This document shows, in pieces, positions 37,054 through 46,281 of a stretch of 64,000 nt of DNA (the first letter of the stretch is position 1; each line of letters opens with the position of its first letter). The stretch lies in the IMG/VR virus record IMGVR_UViG_3300021364_000011; one strand, 5' to 3'. This DNA comes from an uncultured virus (IMG/VR IMGVR_UViG_3300021364_000011) (Duplodnaviria > Heunggongvirae > Uroviricota > Caudoviricetes). The translations under genes and the position numbers were made by a program. The notes under the pieces are model-generated. The model saw nothing but the letters and a program-made list of their open reading frames with translations, did no database searches and was not told the DNA's origin.

Positions 37054-37991
37054 TACTTGAATTTACACTCCGACATAATTTCTGTTAAACATGCAACGAA
37101 ATTGATTTCTGAATCCATTGCAAAGGCAGACTTGTATTGATAGTCTGCAATAAAAAGAACTGCAGCTGGAACACTAGAAGGTTCTAGTCTTTGTTCCAAT
37201 GCATTGAAAACTTTTCTGTATAATGTATCAAAGTCATTATCACTATTCTGACCAACCCACTTTCTCATTCCTTTCCAGTTCTTGTCTGCAATCATATCAA
37301 TGAGAGGTGTAAGTTTTTCTTCGGCTAGTGTTGCAATAAGACCAGTGTCAATAACACCACCAACACCATATCTTTGGACTTCGTTGATACACCTTCTGAA
37401 ATCGGGGAAGAACTTTAGAATAAGTTCAACCAAAACCTTTTCTTCATATTTGATATCTTCCAACTCACATATCTCTTTAAGTCTTTGGAGGAAGACACCA
37501 GCAAGTGTTTGTTTATCTTTTGGTGTTAGTTTGAAATCTATTACAGTTGTTCTTGAATGTAGTGGTTGAATTATTCTATTCTTGTAATTACAAGTGAATA
37601 TGAATCTACAGTTAGAAGAGAACTCCTCAATGAAGTTTCTCAAAGCAGGTTGAACTGAGTCTGCAGAAATATAATCTGCTTCGTCAAGGATTACAACCTT
37701 TGCACCACCACTTAAGGATACTGTAGATGCAAAATTTTTGATTTTGGTTCTTAGTGTGTCAATCAATCTACCCTCATCAGAACCATTGATAACGATAAAG
37801 TCGGCACCCATTTCATTACATAATGCCTTTGCAACTGTAGTTTTACCTACACCAGCAGAACCACATAACATAAGATTGGGTATCTCACCTTGATTGACGA
37901 ATTCTTTGAATGTGTCTTTAAGACTCTGAGGTAGTATCGTGTCCTCAATTGTTTGAGGACGATACTTTTCTACGAATAAAAATTCACTCAT
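37053..37991 (-). CDS. 44: Clamp loader large subunit gp44
   Basis: VEKYRP, GSAGVGKTT, ILDEAD, PLHSR. Confidence 0.95.
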   Translation of the reverse strand: MSEFLFVEKYRPQTIEDTILPQSLKDTFKEFVNQGEIPNLMLCGSAGVGKTTVAKALCNEMGADFIVINGSDEGRLIDTLRTKIKNFASTVSLSGGAKVVILDEADYISADSVQPALRNFIEEFSSNCRFIFTCNYKNRIIQPLHSRTTVIDFKLTPKDKQTLAGVFLQRLKEICELEDIKYEEKVLVELILKFFPDFRRCINEVQRYGVGGVIDTGLIATLAEEKLTPLIDMIADKNWKGMRKWVGQNSDNDFDTLYRKVFNALEQRLEPSSVPAAVLFIADYQYKSAFAMDSEINFVACLTEIMSECKFK

Positions 37992-38100
37992 GGTTGCAGA
38001 ATCCCCTCCGAAACTACAGTGTAATCCACCCTTGAAGATTGATGAGAAGGACTACTCCCGTATGCATTGTAAAAGGCTGGCACAATACTTACACTAATAT
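37992..38100 (-). ncRNA. Candidate structured cis-regulatory leader of gene 44
   Basis: Three stems with minus-strand G-U pairs; the last encloses the GGAGG SD. Confidence 0.4.
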
Positions 38101-38105
38101 ATAGG

Positions 38106-38774
38106 TTAAACATTGTATTTAGAATCAGGCTCCAATGCAATAAAATACTCCAAGTCAATATCTTTGTTCTTGAAGTGTGAAATACCTTTAGACGAAACTA
38201 AGACTTCATAGTTTCCATCTAACACTTTAAGGTTCTCAATCTTAAAGTTCATAGTGTATGAAACACCATTTCCTTCACCCACGATTCTTGAGAATGTGTT
38301 TGAAGTTGTATTCTTCTTATCTGTCACTTCCAATTTGATTGTAGTTCCGTCAGAACTTAAAACCAAATCACCAACACCTAACACACTAGCTGCTTTCTGC
38401 AACTCGTTCAATAGTGTAGATGAGATATCAATACCGATTTCTGCATCAGGCATTGTTATCATTTTCTCGGGTGCAGTCACCATACCTTCACTTGCATAGA
38501 AATACGCAAGACTTGAATTGTTGTCTGCAACTGTTAGACTTGCATCACCGAATTGAAAATCGGGGTCTTCTAATAAAGAAGTTGCACCCAAAAACTCGGG
38601 TAAATTGTAGATAGAAAAATCTTTTGGGAATGATTCTTCTACAGTTGCAACTGCAAGAATATTTTTCATATTTGAGATTGTCTGAAGTGTATTTCCTTCA
38701 CCAACCTTTATACCTTGGTTGATTGTTGAAAAGTTCTTCAACACATCTCTCGTTTCATTACTAATTTTCATCAC
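38106..38774 (-). CDS. 45: Sliding clamp gp45
   Basis: LKNFSTIN, F.IY.L.EFL, YFIALE. Confidence 0.93.
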   Translation of the reverse strand: MMKISNETRDVLKNFSTINQGIKVGEGNTLQTISNMKNILAVATVEESFPKDFSIYNLPEFLGATSLLEDPDFQFGDASLTVADNNSSLAYFYASEGMVTAPEKMITMPDAEIGIDISSTLLNELQKAASVLGVGDLVLSSDGTTIKLEVTDKKNTTSNTFSRIVGEGNGVSYTMNFKIENLKVLDGNYEVLVSSKGISHFKNKDIDLEYFIALEPDSKYNV

Positions 38775-39070
38775 TTTTTAGCCTCCTTTTCTGCCTTATC
38801 GTGAACATGAAGCATGAATAGACCATAATGTAAAACCTTCAAAAGGTCTGCTCTATTCTTACCATCTTTTTTTCCGTATCTTTGTGCATATTTCATTATG
38901 TTTCCGATACAAAATCCTTCCCCATGACCACTGTCAATAATGAATTCAGTGGACTGGTATTTGTTTAAACTGTAATGTTTGTCGTAAGTCGAATCAATAT
39001 ACGAGGAGAACTCTTTAATGAGTTCACCCTCGTTATATTTGTAATCAATCTTCTTGTTTTTTCCAAACAT
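38771..39070 (-). CDS. DUF3310 (SaV-like) protein
   Basis: HY, GFCIGNIMKYA.RYGKKDG...DLLK.LHY; start at MFGKN. Confidence 0.75.
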   Translation of the reverse strand: MFGKNKKIDYKYNEGELIKEFSSYIDSTYDKHYSLNKYQSTEFIIDSGHGEGFCIGNIMKYAQRYGKKDGKNRADLLKVLHYGLFMLHVHDKAEKEAKK

Positions 39071-39071
39071 A

Positions 39072-40331
39072 CTAATCATTATACTCTGAGGTCTCAGTTT
39101 CGTCAACTGGGTTTTCCTCATCTAGGTCAATTGTATTTAAATCGACACCTGCGTCAATCTTAGTGTAAAGGTCGAGGATACTATTTCTAGTTTCTTCGTC
39201 AAACCTTGAAATACACATTTGGATTGACTTCAGTTTGTCACCAAACATTCTGTATGCATTCACAATGTGAACCAGTCTTCTAGTAGTGACAACGTCATCA
39301 ATCGCACCTTCGTAGAAGGTTTTTCTGATTATGTCTGCCCAATCTACTAGTTTGGTCACGAACTCTGAATCAACTTCACCAGTCAATTCCATTTCTTTTG
39401 AAAGAATTTTTCTCTCAGTAGTCACTGGAGGATATTCTTGTTGCATTGTGATTGCAAACCTTTCCAACATGGCTTCGTTCATGATTTGAGTTCCAATGAA
39501 CTTTCCATCTTCAGAACCTTGTCCTTTAGTGTTTGCAGTTGCAAGAATTGTGAAACCTTGTTTTGGAGTCACCCACTCACCAGTTTTCTTGATTAGGTAT
39601 CCTTTACCTTCAAGAACTGATTGTAGACACATAAGTTTGTTAGAACCTAAGTCAACTTCGTCTAAGAGAAGGACAGCACCTTTTCTCATAGCTTTGATAA
39701 CAGGGCCTTCTCTAAAGACTACATTACCATTGACTAGAGTATGACCACCCATTAGGTCGTCTTCATCGGTTTCAATGGTAATATTGACTCTAAAGAGTTC
39801 TCTCTTCAATTGAGCACAAGTTTGTTCAATCATTAATGTTTTACCATTACCACTCAATCCAGTAATGAATACTGGGAAGAAGATTTTAGACTTGATTATG
39901 TTCTTGACATCTTTGAAGTGTCCAAAAGGAACATAATTAGACATTTTCTCGGGAATGATTTTTACATTGTCATTCAGATTAACAGACTCAGTTGCAGCTG
40001 CAACAGGCATGTTTTGTGGAGCAACTGGTGGTGCAATAGAAACCACTTGAGGTGCAACTGGAGGAACAACTTCATTTTCAGAATATCCACCATTGTATCC
40101 ACTGAGAACTTGGGTTAAATTAAATACCCCATTATCTCTAAAATTGTATCTAGAAGACTTGACCCAATATGGGAATGAACCCACTGTTTCAATTTCTTCC
40201 TTCGTAAAAACCGATTGTTCGGGATACGTCTTGGAAAGTGCTTCCAAGAATTCCTTCCTATCGGGTGTGAAGTGAAATGGTTTCCCACATATGTCTATCG
40301 ACTCACTTCTGTCATAACTTCTTTTATCCAT
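39072..40331 (-). CDS. cobS: CobS/MoxR-like AAA+ ATPase
   Basis: GLSGNGKT, LLLDEVD, ATANTKG.G, NEA.LERF, TRRL. Confidence 0.9.
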   Translation of the reverse strand: MDKRSYDRSESIDICGKPFHFTPDRKEFLEALSKTYPEQSVFTKEEIETVGSFPYWVKSSRYNFRDNGVFNLTQVLSGYNGGYSENEVVPPVAPQVVSIAPPVAPQNMPVAAATESVNLNDNVKIIPEKMSNYVPFGHFKDVKNIIKSKIFFPVFITGLSGNGKTLMIEQTCAQLKRELFRVNITIETDEDDLMGGHTLVNGNVVFREGPVIKAMRKGAVLLLDEVDLGSNKLMCLQSVLEGKGYLIKKTGEWVTPKQGFTILATANTKGQGSEDGKFIGTQIMNEAMLERFAITMQQEYPPVTTERKILSKEMELTGEVDSEFVTKLVDWADIIRKTFYEGAIDDVVTTRRLVHIVNAYRMFGDKLKSIQMCISRFDEETRNSILDLYTKIDAGVDLNTIDLDEENPVDETETSEYND

Positions 40332-40373
40332 ATTTTCTCCTTTTAAAAGTTGTTAAATTTCTCATCAGTTATT

Positions 40374-40403
40374 AGTATACTAAAAAGTGAGGGTCATTGT
40401 CAA
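40374..40403 (-). promoter_or_regulatory. Early promoter TTGACA-N18-TATACT
   Basis: Repeated family spacer ATGACCCTCACTTTTTAG. Confidence 0.8.
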
Positions 40404-40408
40404 CCCCT

Positions 40409-40651
40409 TTACTTAATAGTTTCAAATCTAGTTCCCATTTTAGCTTGTTGTTTCTTATTCAACTCACCACCATTATTAACCCATATTCTAAATGCAAAAC
40501 ATTCCTTCTCTTCGGATTTACATTCATTAACCAGTGGACAATCATATCTGACGCAAGGTGAAGGCCCCACGTCCATAACTGCATCTGCAAATTTACTGTA
40601 ATCATTTTGTGTTGAAATATAATATGAGGGGTCTACTTGATATGTCTTCAT
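40409..40651 (-). CDS. Small Cys-rich hypothetical protein
   Basis: PC...C....C.....C.AF..WV. Confidence 0.55.
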   Translation of the reverse strand: MKTYQVDPSYYISTQNDYSKFADAVMDVGPSPCVRYDCPLVNECKSEEKECFAFRIWVNNGGELNKKQQAKMGTRFETIK

Positions 40652-40851
40652 TGTGTTTTCTCCATGATTGTTTGTAAAGTGTATCTGTTATCCAATAGTG
40701 TCACTTCAAAAGTGTCTTGGATATAATCGTGTTCTACGATATATGGTGCCTCTTCATTTCTTGATTGCAGAATCATAACCCTATTGGTAAAATCCCTGTA
40801 ATCGTCTCTCTCTAAAATGAATGTCTCATTCATCATATATTTTGCTTCCAT
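40648..40851 (-). CDS. Hypothetical protein
   Basis: 67-aa coupled ORF. Confidence 0.55.
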   Translation of the reverse strand: MEAKYMMNETFILERDDYRDFTNRVMILQSRNEEAPYIVEHDYIQDTFEVTLLDNRYTLQTIMEKTQ

Positions 40852-43196
40852 TATGCTATCTCCTTAATGAATTCATTGGTTAAAAATCTTGAAGTTGTTT
40901 TAGACTTTTGGTTTCTTTTGAATGCAGCTAAAACTCTAACTTTTTTTGCATCAACCAGTTCTTCGTCTAACTCATCAGTTCCTTCAGTTCCGATTGCACT
41001 AGCAGCGGTAATGAAGAGTTTGTTATATCCATGACAATTCACAACCATACCAGTTTTTCTACACTCTAACCACTCAGATTTATAATCTCTCCAGTAATCA
41101 TCATTACCTTTGACTTCACTATAGATTTGAACAAAGTCTTGTTTTCTACCAACAACGAAGTATCCAGTGACAATCACACCAGTTTCTTTTGCAATCCAGT
41201 CAAGGATATTCTGAGTTCTTTTGAAGTCACCACCTCTGTAGTATCTTCCTTTAGAAATAGGATAGACTCTTCTTGAATAAGGGTCAATGATTTCTATATA
41301 TCTTTCAAAGTCCCAAGAATCTTCACCATTCAATTGTTCTTTTTCTTGTTCTCTTATATCTGAATCACTAGATAAGACACTTGAACCATGAGAATACCCA
41401 TCAGTGATAACTGTTAGAATTGATTTCTCAATACCATAGTCTTTTCTGAAATCTCTTAGAAGTGTTCTCATTGCAAATAGTGTATGGTCAAGAGGTGTTC
41501 CACCAAGATTGAATCTATTTGGAATTGTATAACTTGGTAGGTAAACGTAATACCCGTCATAGTTTTGCACATAGTGTGTTCCTTCGAACCAGTCATTCCA
41601 AATCTCTAAAGACTTCTCAAATTTTCTTCCACCACCACTAAGTCTATCTGCAAAGTAGTCATTCCAAATCTGAGAAACATACGTGAACATTTCTTTGTAT
41701 TCTCTAGTGTTTTGTTTGTCTGAGAATAATTCAAGTAGTTGTCCGTCTTCTCTAGACCAGTCTTCGTCTTGTCTATTGTAAACGTCTGAGAAGAGATACA
41801 CTCTATGAGGAATGTTTGCTTTTCTACAGAACATTGTTAGAATAAGTGCTTGTTCTAGAAGGTCAAGAACTTCTTTTGAAATAGAACCACTCCAGTCAAT
41901 CAATACGTTGACACCATGGTTCTCACCTTCAGGCAAGTAAGTCACTCTTTTGAAAATGTCGTCAACAATCTGATACTTTGCAAGTCTGTTCATATCCAAC
42001 TTACCAGTTTTACCACTGAATGCATGAACAGCTCTTTTTGCAGATTGTTTCATTTCGAATTCCTTCACCATATGATTCACAATCTTTTTGTTTTTTGCAT
42101 CTAGTTTGTTCATAGTGTGAAGTGCAACTTCTTTGTTTTTTTCTTTTCCGTCAACAAAGAATGAACCTCTCATATCTTTTAGTAAATCTTTGTAAGACAC
42201 TTTGACACTTCTCATCATGTCATTTTCTTTGTTGAATCTTTTACCAAGGTCAACACTGAGTTTGAGAATGTTTTCATCAGAGTATAATTTACCTTCGTTG
42301 TTATGTGCATTTTGTTCTGTAATAGATTCCCTTGCACCATCTTCGTCATCATACTCACCACTGGAAGCTTCTTTACCACCAGTCATTTTTCTTTGTGATT
42401 TACCTTCGTCTTCAGTTTCTTCTTCAGACTCTTCTTCACCTTCTTCTTTTTCTTCACCACCTTCAGAGTTTTCTGAATCTAGTTCGGGAAGGTTGTCTTC
42501 GTCTTCGTAATCCTCGTCTGAATCACCGAAGTCATTGTCGAACTCTTCTGACTCTTCTTCTTCGTCACCTTCTTCTTCGTCACCAATATCAAACATTTGA
42601 GGAACCATTTTTTCGTCTTCCTCAGTTCTTGTTTCGTTTTCTTTAGACCACTCGTAAATTGCAGTTGCACACTCTTCAACTTCTTCCCAAGTCTGACATT
42701 TGTTAGACCAGTCAAGGAAGAATTGTTCTTCTTTAGTAAGTGTGATATTAACCCTTGAACCACATTTTGTGATAAGGTTGATTTTGTCAATCAATGAAAG
42801 TTCTTGTAGATTTCTTCCTTTGATTCCAAAGAAATCCATATCCATTAATTCGTTGTAAGCTTTGTAAAATGATTTTCTAAGACCTTGATATTTGTTCTTA
42901 ATCATTTTCTCAATCCTAACGTCTTCAACAACATTAAGATATCCTTTAAGTGTTCTGTTTTTTGTCACTGCAGAGTGAACACCTTCATATGGTGTATTCA
43001 GTGCATGAGATACTTCGTGACCCATAAACAAGTCATAAAGTTCGGGTGATATTTCGTCTTTAAGAATAGGACAACAAAGTATTCTATTCTCTAAATCGAA
43101 GTATGCAGTTGGAACCTTCTTATGAACTATAGTAAGGTTTTCCGTAGCCATTAACTTGGCAAGTGAGTCTTTTTGATTTCTAATTTGATTTGTCAT
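40851..43196 (-). CDS. CobT-like protein: HExxH metallopeptidase-like N-domain, acidic linker, VWA domain
   Basis: HEVSH...NVVEDVRIE; DWSGS, GGTPL, ITDG MIDAS motifs; partner of CobS. Confidence 0.85.
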   Translation of the reverse strand: MTNQIRNQKDSLAKLMATENLTIVHKKVPTAYFDLENRILCCPILKDEISPELYDLFMGHEVSHALNTPYEGVHSAVTKNRTLKGYLNVVEDVRIEKMIKNKYQGLRKSFYKAYNELMDMDFFGIKGRNLQELSLIDKINLITKCGSRVNITLTKEEQFFLDWSNKCQTWEEVEECATAIYEWSKENETRTEEDEKMVPQMFDIGDEEEGDEEEESEEFDNDFGDSDEDYEDEDNLPELDSENSEGGEEKEEGEEESEEETEDEGKSQRKMTGGKEASSGEYDDEDGARESITEQNAHNNEGKLYSDENILKLSVDLGKRFNKENDMMRSVKVSYKDLLKDMRGSFFVDGKEKNKEVALHTMNKLDAKNKKIVNHMVKEFEMKQSAKRAVHAFSGKTGKLDMNRLAKYQIVDDIFKRVTYLPEGENHGVNVLIDWSGSISKEVLDLLEQALILTMFCRKANIPHRVYLFSDVYNRQDEDWSREDGQLLELFSDKQNTREYKEMFTYVSQIWNDYFADRLSGGGRKFEKSLEIWNDWFEGTHYVQNYDGYYVYLPSYTIPNRFNLGGTPLDHTLFAMRTLLRDFRKDYGIEKSILTVITDGYSHGSSVLSSDSDIREQEKEQLNGEDSWDFERYIEIIDPYSRRVYPISKGRYYRGGDFKRTQNILDWIAKETGVIVTGYFVVGRKQDFVQIYSEVKGNDDYWRDYKSEWLECRKTGMVVNCHGYNKLFITAASAIGTEGTDELDEELVDAKKVRVLAAFKRNQKSKTTSRFLTNEFIKEIA

Positions 43197-43202
43197 AATA
43201 TA

Positions 43203-43232
43203 AGTATACTAAAAAGTGAGAGTCATTGTCAA
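43203..43232 (-). promoter_or_regulatory. Early promoter TTGACA-N18-TATACT (leaderless ATG 6 nt downstream)
   Basis: Near-identical to 40374..40403. Confidence 0.8.
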
Positions 43233-43235
43233 CCC

Positions 43236-43523
43236 CTAGGAACAAATTAATTCCCAAGCACCACTGACACCTATTGCAGAATTGTCACAACCTTGTCCAT
43301 CGAACCACCACTCAACGTCTAGTCCTTTGAAAGATTGTGCATAAATGATACCAGTAAAAGGTTTGATATCAACTCTTTGACCATATTTGTCCACTTCATA
43401 GAATTTTCCTTCTATAAATGGAAAGTCATTGTTCATTACTTTAGTGATATGACCTTCATATTGTTTACCACTTTGTTTGTATCTAATAAAATCGTATTCA
43501 CTTAAAAAATCTATATTATCCAC
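43236..43523 (-). CDS. Hypothetical early protein
   Basis: 95-aa ORF. Confidence 0.55.
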   Translation of the reverse strand: MDNIDFLSEYDFIRYKQSGKQYEGHITKVMNNDFPFIEGKFYEVDKYGQRVDIKPFTGIIYAQSFKGLDVEWWFDGQGCDNSAIGVSGAWELICS

Positions 43524-43740
43524 AAGGGCCTCCCATGTCTACTACATCGTCCCACATTTGGGACACTAAGACACTTCTTGCATAGTCTATGATATTTGCA
43601 CCATGCACGTCATCTCCAGTGAATTTAGATACTTTAGATATATTATTATCATTGAGTGAAGAAACCACGTCAATGTCGGACATAGAATCTACGTCTTGCA
43701 CGATTCCGTCCATTATTTGGTCGTTATAGATATTTGACAT
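43516..43740 (-). CDS. Hypothetical early protein
   Basis: 74 aa, AGGAG SD, directly after an early promoter. Confidence 0.6.
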   Translation of the reverse strand: MSNIYNDQIMDGIVQDVDSMSDIDVVSSLNDNNISKVSKFTGDDVHGANIIDYARSVLVSQMWDDVVDMGGPCG

Positions 43741-43767
43741 ATTTACTCCTTTTTTTTCTACTATACT

Positions 43768-43797
43768 AGTATACTAAAAAGTGAGGGTTATTGTCAA
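43768..43797 (-). promoter_or_regulatory. Early promoter TTGACA-N18-TATACT
   Basis: Repeated family member. Confidence 0.8.
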
Positions 43798-43802
43798 ATT
43801 TT

Positions 43803-44405
43803 TTATGGATTAATTTGTCTTAATTTGAAGTGGTCTGCCGAGAAGTCTTTTGTTCTCTCGTCTGTAAGGATATTTTCTCTGTTGTTTGAAAACCACATTG
43901 AAATTGTAAATCTAGAACCTCTACGAACTGGATAAACTCCATGTTTTAGTTCTAAACCTTTGAATACGATACCTTCATTTGCAACTGGCTCAATAACAGT
44001 TCCAATCGGCCCCATCTCGGGAAAATAAGTTTCACCACCTCTAAATGATTCATGACCATTTAAATAAAGAATAACAGTCCATTCTCTACTAGGTGATTCT
44101 TCTATTGCATTGTTTTCTAATTCAACTGTAGAGTAAGTGTCTAAGTGTGGTTCTTGAACACCACCGATTTCCCATTCATTGATTGCAGTCATTTCGGGAT
44201 ATACTCTTGTTCCCACTGCATGATATATTTCACTGGTCACGTCATGACCAACTCTATTGAAAATATCTCTTACCCAGTTCGTGTGTATATGAATGAGGTC
44301 AATTCCTCTATAATCCTCACCCGAACCGATTTGTCTAAGATGTTTGTGATTCTTGAACCACTCTATCAGACTCTTCGATTCCTTCTCCGTTATTAGATTC
44401 GGCAT
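43803..44405 (-). CDS. Prolyl-4-hydroxylase-like 2OG-Fe(II) oxygenase
   Basis: PHLD, ILYLN...GGET.F, HGV.PV..GSRF; start uncertain. Confidence 0.85.
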   Translation of the reverse strand: MPNLITEKESKSLIEWFKNHKHLRQIGSGEDYRGIDLIHIHTNWVRDIFNRVGHDVTSEIYHAVGTRVYPEMTAINEWEIGGVQEPHLDTYSTVELENNAIEESPSREWTVILYLNGHESFRGGETYFPEMGPIGTVIEPVANEGIVFKGLELKHGVYPVRRGSRFTISMWFSNNRENILTDERTKDFSADHFKLRQINP

Positions 44406-44961
44406 TCTGATTAGATTCACGTTCTGCGATTGCTCTTGCATAGGCCATTCTTTGTTCATATTCAATTCTCTTTCTCCTCTCTTTAGGACGAACTTTCAAT
44501 GCACGTTCTAATTTAAGTCTAGATGCACGTTGTAAGAATAGGATACCATTCAAGTGGTCACACTCATGTTGAACACACCTTGCACCTAAACCATTAAGAT
44601 AAAGTGTATGTTCTTCACCTTCTGCATCTTGATATTTAAATTCTATTTCTTTTGACCTTTTAATCATAAGGTAAAGGTCGGGAAAAGATAGACAACCCTC
44701 TTTCATTAAATCTGTATCTTGTGAAACTTTAGTTATTTCGGGATTGAAGAATGCAACAATTCCTTGGTCTGCAGTTCTCATAACAAAAACTCTATAGTTT
44801 AATCCAACTTGATTTGCAGATAATCCAATACCACCAAATTGTTCCATTGCACTTGCAAGGTTCTTTTCAATTTCTTTTGGGTCTTCGGGTGGATTCTCGA
44901 AGTCGAAAACGGGTGGTGGTGTGCGTAAGACTCTTGAAGCCTCGTCTATCAATTCTAACAT
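44335..44961 (-). CDS. def: Peptide deformylase
   Basis: GIGLSANQVG, EGCLS, QHECDHLNG. Confidence 0.95.
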   Translation of the reverse strand: MLELIDEASRVLRTPPPVFDFENPPEDPKEIEKNLASAMEQFGGIGLSANQVGLNYRVFVMRTADQGIVAFFNPEITKVSQDTDLMKEGCLSFPDLYLMIKRSKEIEFKYQDAEGEEHTLYLNGLGARCVQHECDHLNGILFLQRASRLKLERALKVRPKERRKRIEYEQRMAYARAIAERESNQNAESNNGEGIEESDRVVQESQTS

Positions 44962-46268
44962 TATTTAAAGTTTACCTCAGTTTTTACTTTTACGTCTACG
45001 TCTAATTCAAAAACTTTCATAGCTTCTGATACTGATTCAGTTATTAACTTTTTAGCACTTTCTGCTAACTCAGTAATTTTATTTATAAACCAATTCCACA
45101 ATGCAGTTAGTTTACCTTTTATCCAGTTCCATATGTCTTTGAGTTTGTCTACGAATTTGTTCTCTGAGATTACACCTTCATTTAATTGATTTTTTACTTG
45201 TTCTACTTGTTCATTTGCAGATTTTTTGAGTTCACCATGTTTGTCTAATAGTGCATCTGCTGATACTCTAATTGCTTGATAGAAATTATAACCTGCTTTT
45301 GAACCACCTTTTTTATAAGAGTTGGATTTTAAATCAGCACGCATGGACATTTTCTTTGCAGTTGCAGAGGCAAATTTTCTATCAATCTTTAGTTGTTTGA
45401 TTCTATCCATTCTATAATCCCAAACAACCATATGTGTTGCAATACCACTAGTGTCACCACTTCCTTGTTTCATTGCATTACCACCAAACTTTTCATAACC
45501 AGTCATTGCTTCATATGCGAATGCACCACCGACTTCGGGATTATTAAATGCCTTTGCAAATAATTTATTGATATCACCTTTTAATTTTTCTTGTTTTTCA
45601 ACAATCTTTTTAGCTTCTGCATTACCACTTTCGATTGCTTGTTCGGGTGTCATTTTTTTAAGATTACCAGCATTCACTTCTGCACCAACTGTTCTAGTGT
45701 TGTCTACAAAAACGTCTACTGCTTCTACTAATTGATTCTTTAAGTCTTCACTTGTTTTGACCATTTGTAATGCAGATAATACAGTTGCTTTAGCTTCTGC
45801 TTTTTTACCCGACATTAGTTGTGCCTTTGGGCCTTTGACTGAAGATGGATAACCACCAATAACTATATCTGCCTTTGAAGTGTCAACACCTTTACCAGTG
45901 GTTTCTTTCCAAAATGAACTTAGTCCTTTTTTACTTTGACCAGCACCTGCGTCATGTTTACCACTTGGAAGTTTTGCATTACATACTTGTGCAAAGTTAT
46001 ACAGAATATCCATTTTCTCTTCTGTTGATTTTACTTTATGTGTTGCAAATAATTTATTTGGTGTTTTAAGAAAACCAGTGACATATTCGTCTTTGGTCAT
46101 TTTCTCTATGAACTTATCCTTTGGTAATTTTGCATTTTGAAGACATGCAACTATAACACCTTCAAACTTTGTTGAGGCGTCTGTTCCCTCACTAAGTGTA
46201 GGTGTATACTTAGGTAAATCTAGTTTGATTTCCTCTGTAGGATTATTGAATTCTGAGAATGATTTCAT
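44961..46268 (-). CDS. Hypothetical late protein with MKSF capsid-targeting-like N-terminus
   Basis: Start at MKSFSEF, just after TATAAATA (46274-46281). Confidence 0.6.
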   Translation of the reverse strand: MKSFSEFNNPTEEIKLDLPKYTPTLSEGTDASTKFEGVIVACLQNAKLPKDKFIEKMTKDEYVTGFLKTPNKLFATHKVKSTEEKMDILYNFAQVCNAKLPSGKHDAGAGQSKKGLSSFWKETTGKGVDTSKADIVIGGYPSSVKGPKAQLMSGKKAEAKATVLSALQMVKTSEDLKNQLVEAVDVFVDNTRTVGAEVNAGNLKKMTPEQAIESGNAEAKKIVEKQEKLKGDINKLFAKAFNNPEVGGAFAYEAMTGYEKFGGNAMKQGSGDTSGIATHMVVWDYRMDRIKQLKIDRKFASATAKKMSMRADLKSNSYKKGGSKAGYNFYQAIRVSADALLDKHGELKKSANEQVEQVKNQLNEGVISENKFVDKLKDIWNWIKGKLTALWNWFINKITELAESAKKLITESVSEAMKVFELDVDVKVKTEVNFK

Positions 46269-46281
46269 ATTACTATTTATA

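Noticed and set aside
42400..42600. TCT/TCA-rich low-complexity tract
   Set aside because: It encodes the acidic linker of the CobT-like protein and is not a separate repeat element
39072..43196. cobS/cobT as cobalamin-synthesis auxiliary genes
   Set aside because: No cobN or other cob genes are present; a MoxR AAA+/VWA chaperone pair common in T4-like phages is more likely
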